A stretch of DNA of 64,000 nucleotides, taken from contig JAWOLJ010000066.1 in the NCBI GenBank assembly GCA_033853555.1, forward strand, positions 22,044-86,043, written 5' to 3'. A program made the position numbers and the translations under genes. The DNA is from Myxococcota bacterium. Lineage in GTDB: Bacteria > Myxococcota_A > UBA9160. The notes under the pieces are model-generated. The model was not told the DNA's origin. It ran no database searches and saw nothing but the letters and a program-made list of their open reading frames with translations. Positions 63,858-64,000 of this stretch are shown piece after piece; position 1 is the stretch's first letter, and every line of letters starts with the position of its first letter.

Positions 63858-64000
63858 CGCCGTTGCCGAAGTCGCGCCAGGCGACGATCCCGGGACCGGC
63901 CGGCAGACGTCGGTCGAAGCGCGTGGGCAGCCGCCGCGATAGCGTTCCGCCGAGACCCGAACAAGGAGAGCGCGACCATGTTCAACCGCATCAGTCACAT

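Noticed and set aside
63978-64000. ATG followed by MFNRISH at the window edge
   Set aside because: Only 7 codons are visible; cannot support a gene call.

Overview
This is a 64-kb, densely coded, very GC-rich bacterial chromosomal segment (roughly 70-75% GC; not computed here). Genes sit on both strands, many with GTG/TTG starts and 4-bp ATGA/GTGA start-stop overlaps. Three PEP-CTERM proteins, a MacB-type efflux pump and several lipoproteins point to a Gram-negative host, possibly Myxococcota-like; this is inference only. I found no rRNA, tRNA, CRISPR array, IS element or prophage. Most of the very long six-frame ORFs are antisense or GC artefacts. I split them into ordinary genes using recognisable protein starts, SD-like motifs and start/stop overlaps.

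Content in order:
- macB-type ABC efflux operon (ATPase, double-FtsX permease, truncated adaptor)
- glgC-glgA glycogen synthesis
- Hsp70-like protein; rmuC
- pxpA-pxpB-pxpC 5-oxoprolinase module with a GNAT domain fused to PxpC
- PEP-CTERM proteins (three in total)
- acyl-CoA ligases, an orphan acyl-CoA carboxyltransferase, an LLM oxidoreductase
- nasA - nirBD (fused) - narK nitrate assimilation cluster
- SPFH, DUF2804, and an aspartyl protease with a PDZ tail
- Mo-oxidoreductase with a divergent HxlR regulator
- a conserved 4-bp-overlapping operon (membrane protein - DUF4129 - DUF4350 - MoxR - DUF58) with SpoIIM-like and RDD proteins
- hot-dog dehydratase, SAM-MTase, AraC, TerB-like, carbamate kinase, dienelactone hydrolase, SemiSWEET-like protein

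Most interesting region (38.7-48.9 kb): a TetR-controlled cluster encoding aldehyde dehydrogenase, a bona fide CYP51 sterol 14-alpha-demethylase with its partner ferredoxin, an NTF2-like protein, a 7-TM protein that I recognise as cycloeucalenol-cycloisomerase (CPI)-like, SDRs, a second P450, a HIBADH-like dehydrogenase and a CMD-family protein. Gene content mirrors the enigmatic M. tuberculosis cyp51 region (Rv0763c-Rv0771), but here a CPI-like gene is embedded. This suggests a plant-type cyclopropyl-sterol processing module in a bacterium. Two nearly identical 49-bp AT-rich operator/promoter elements flank it.
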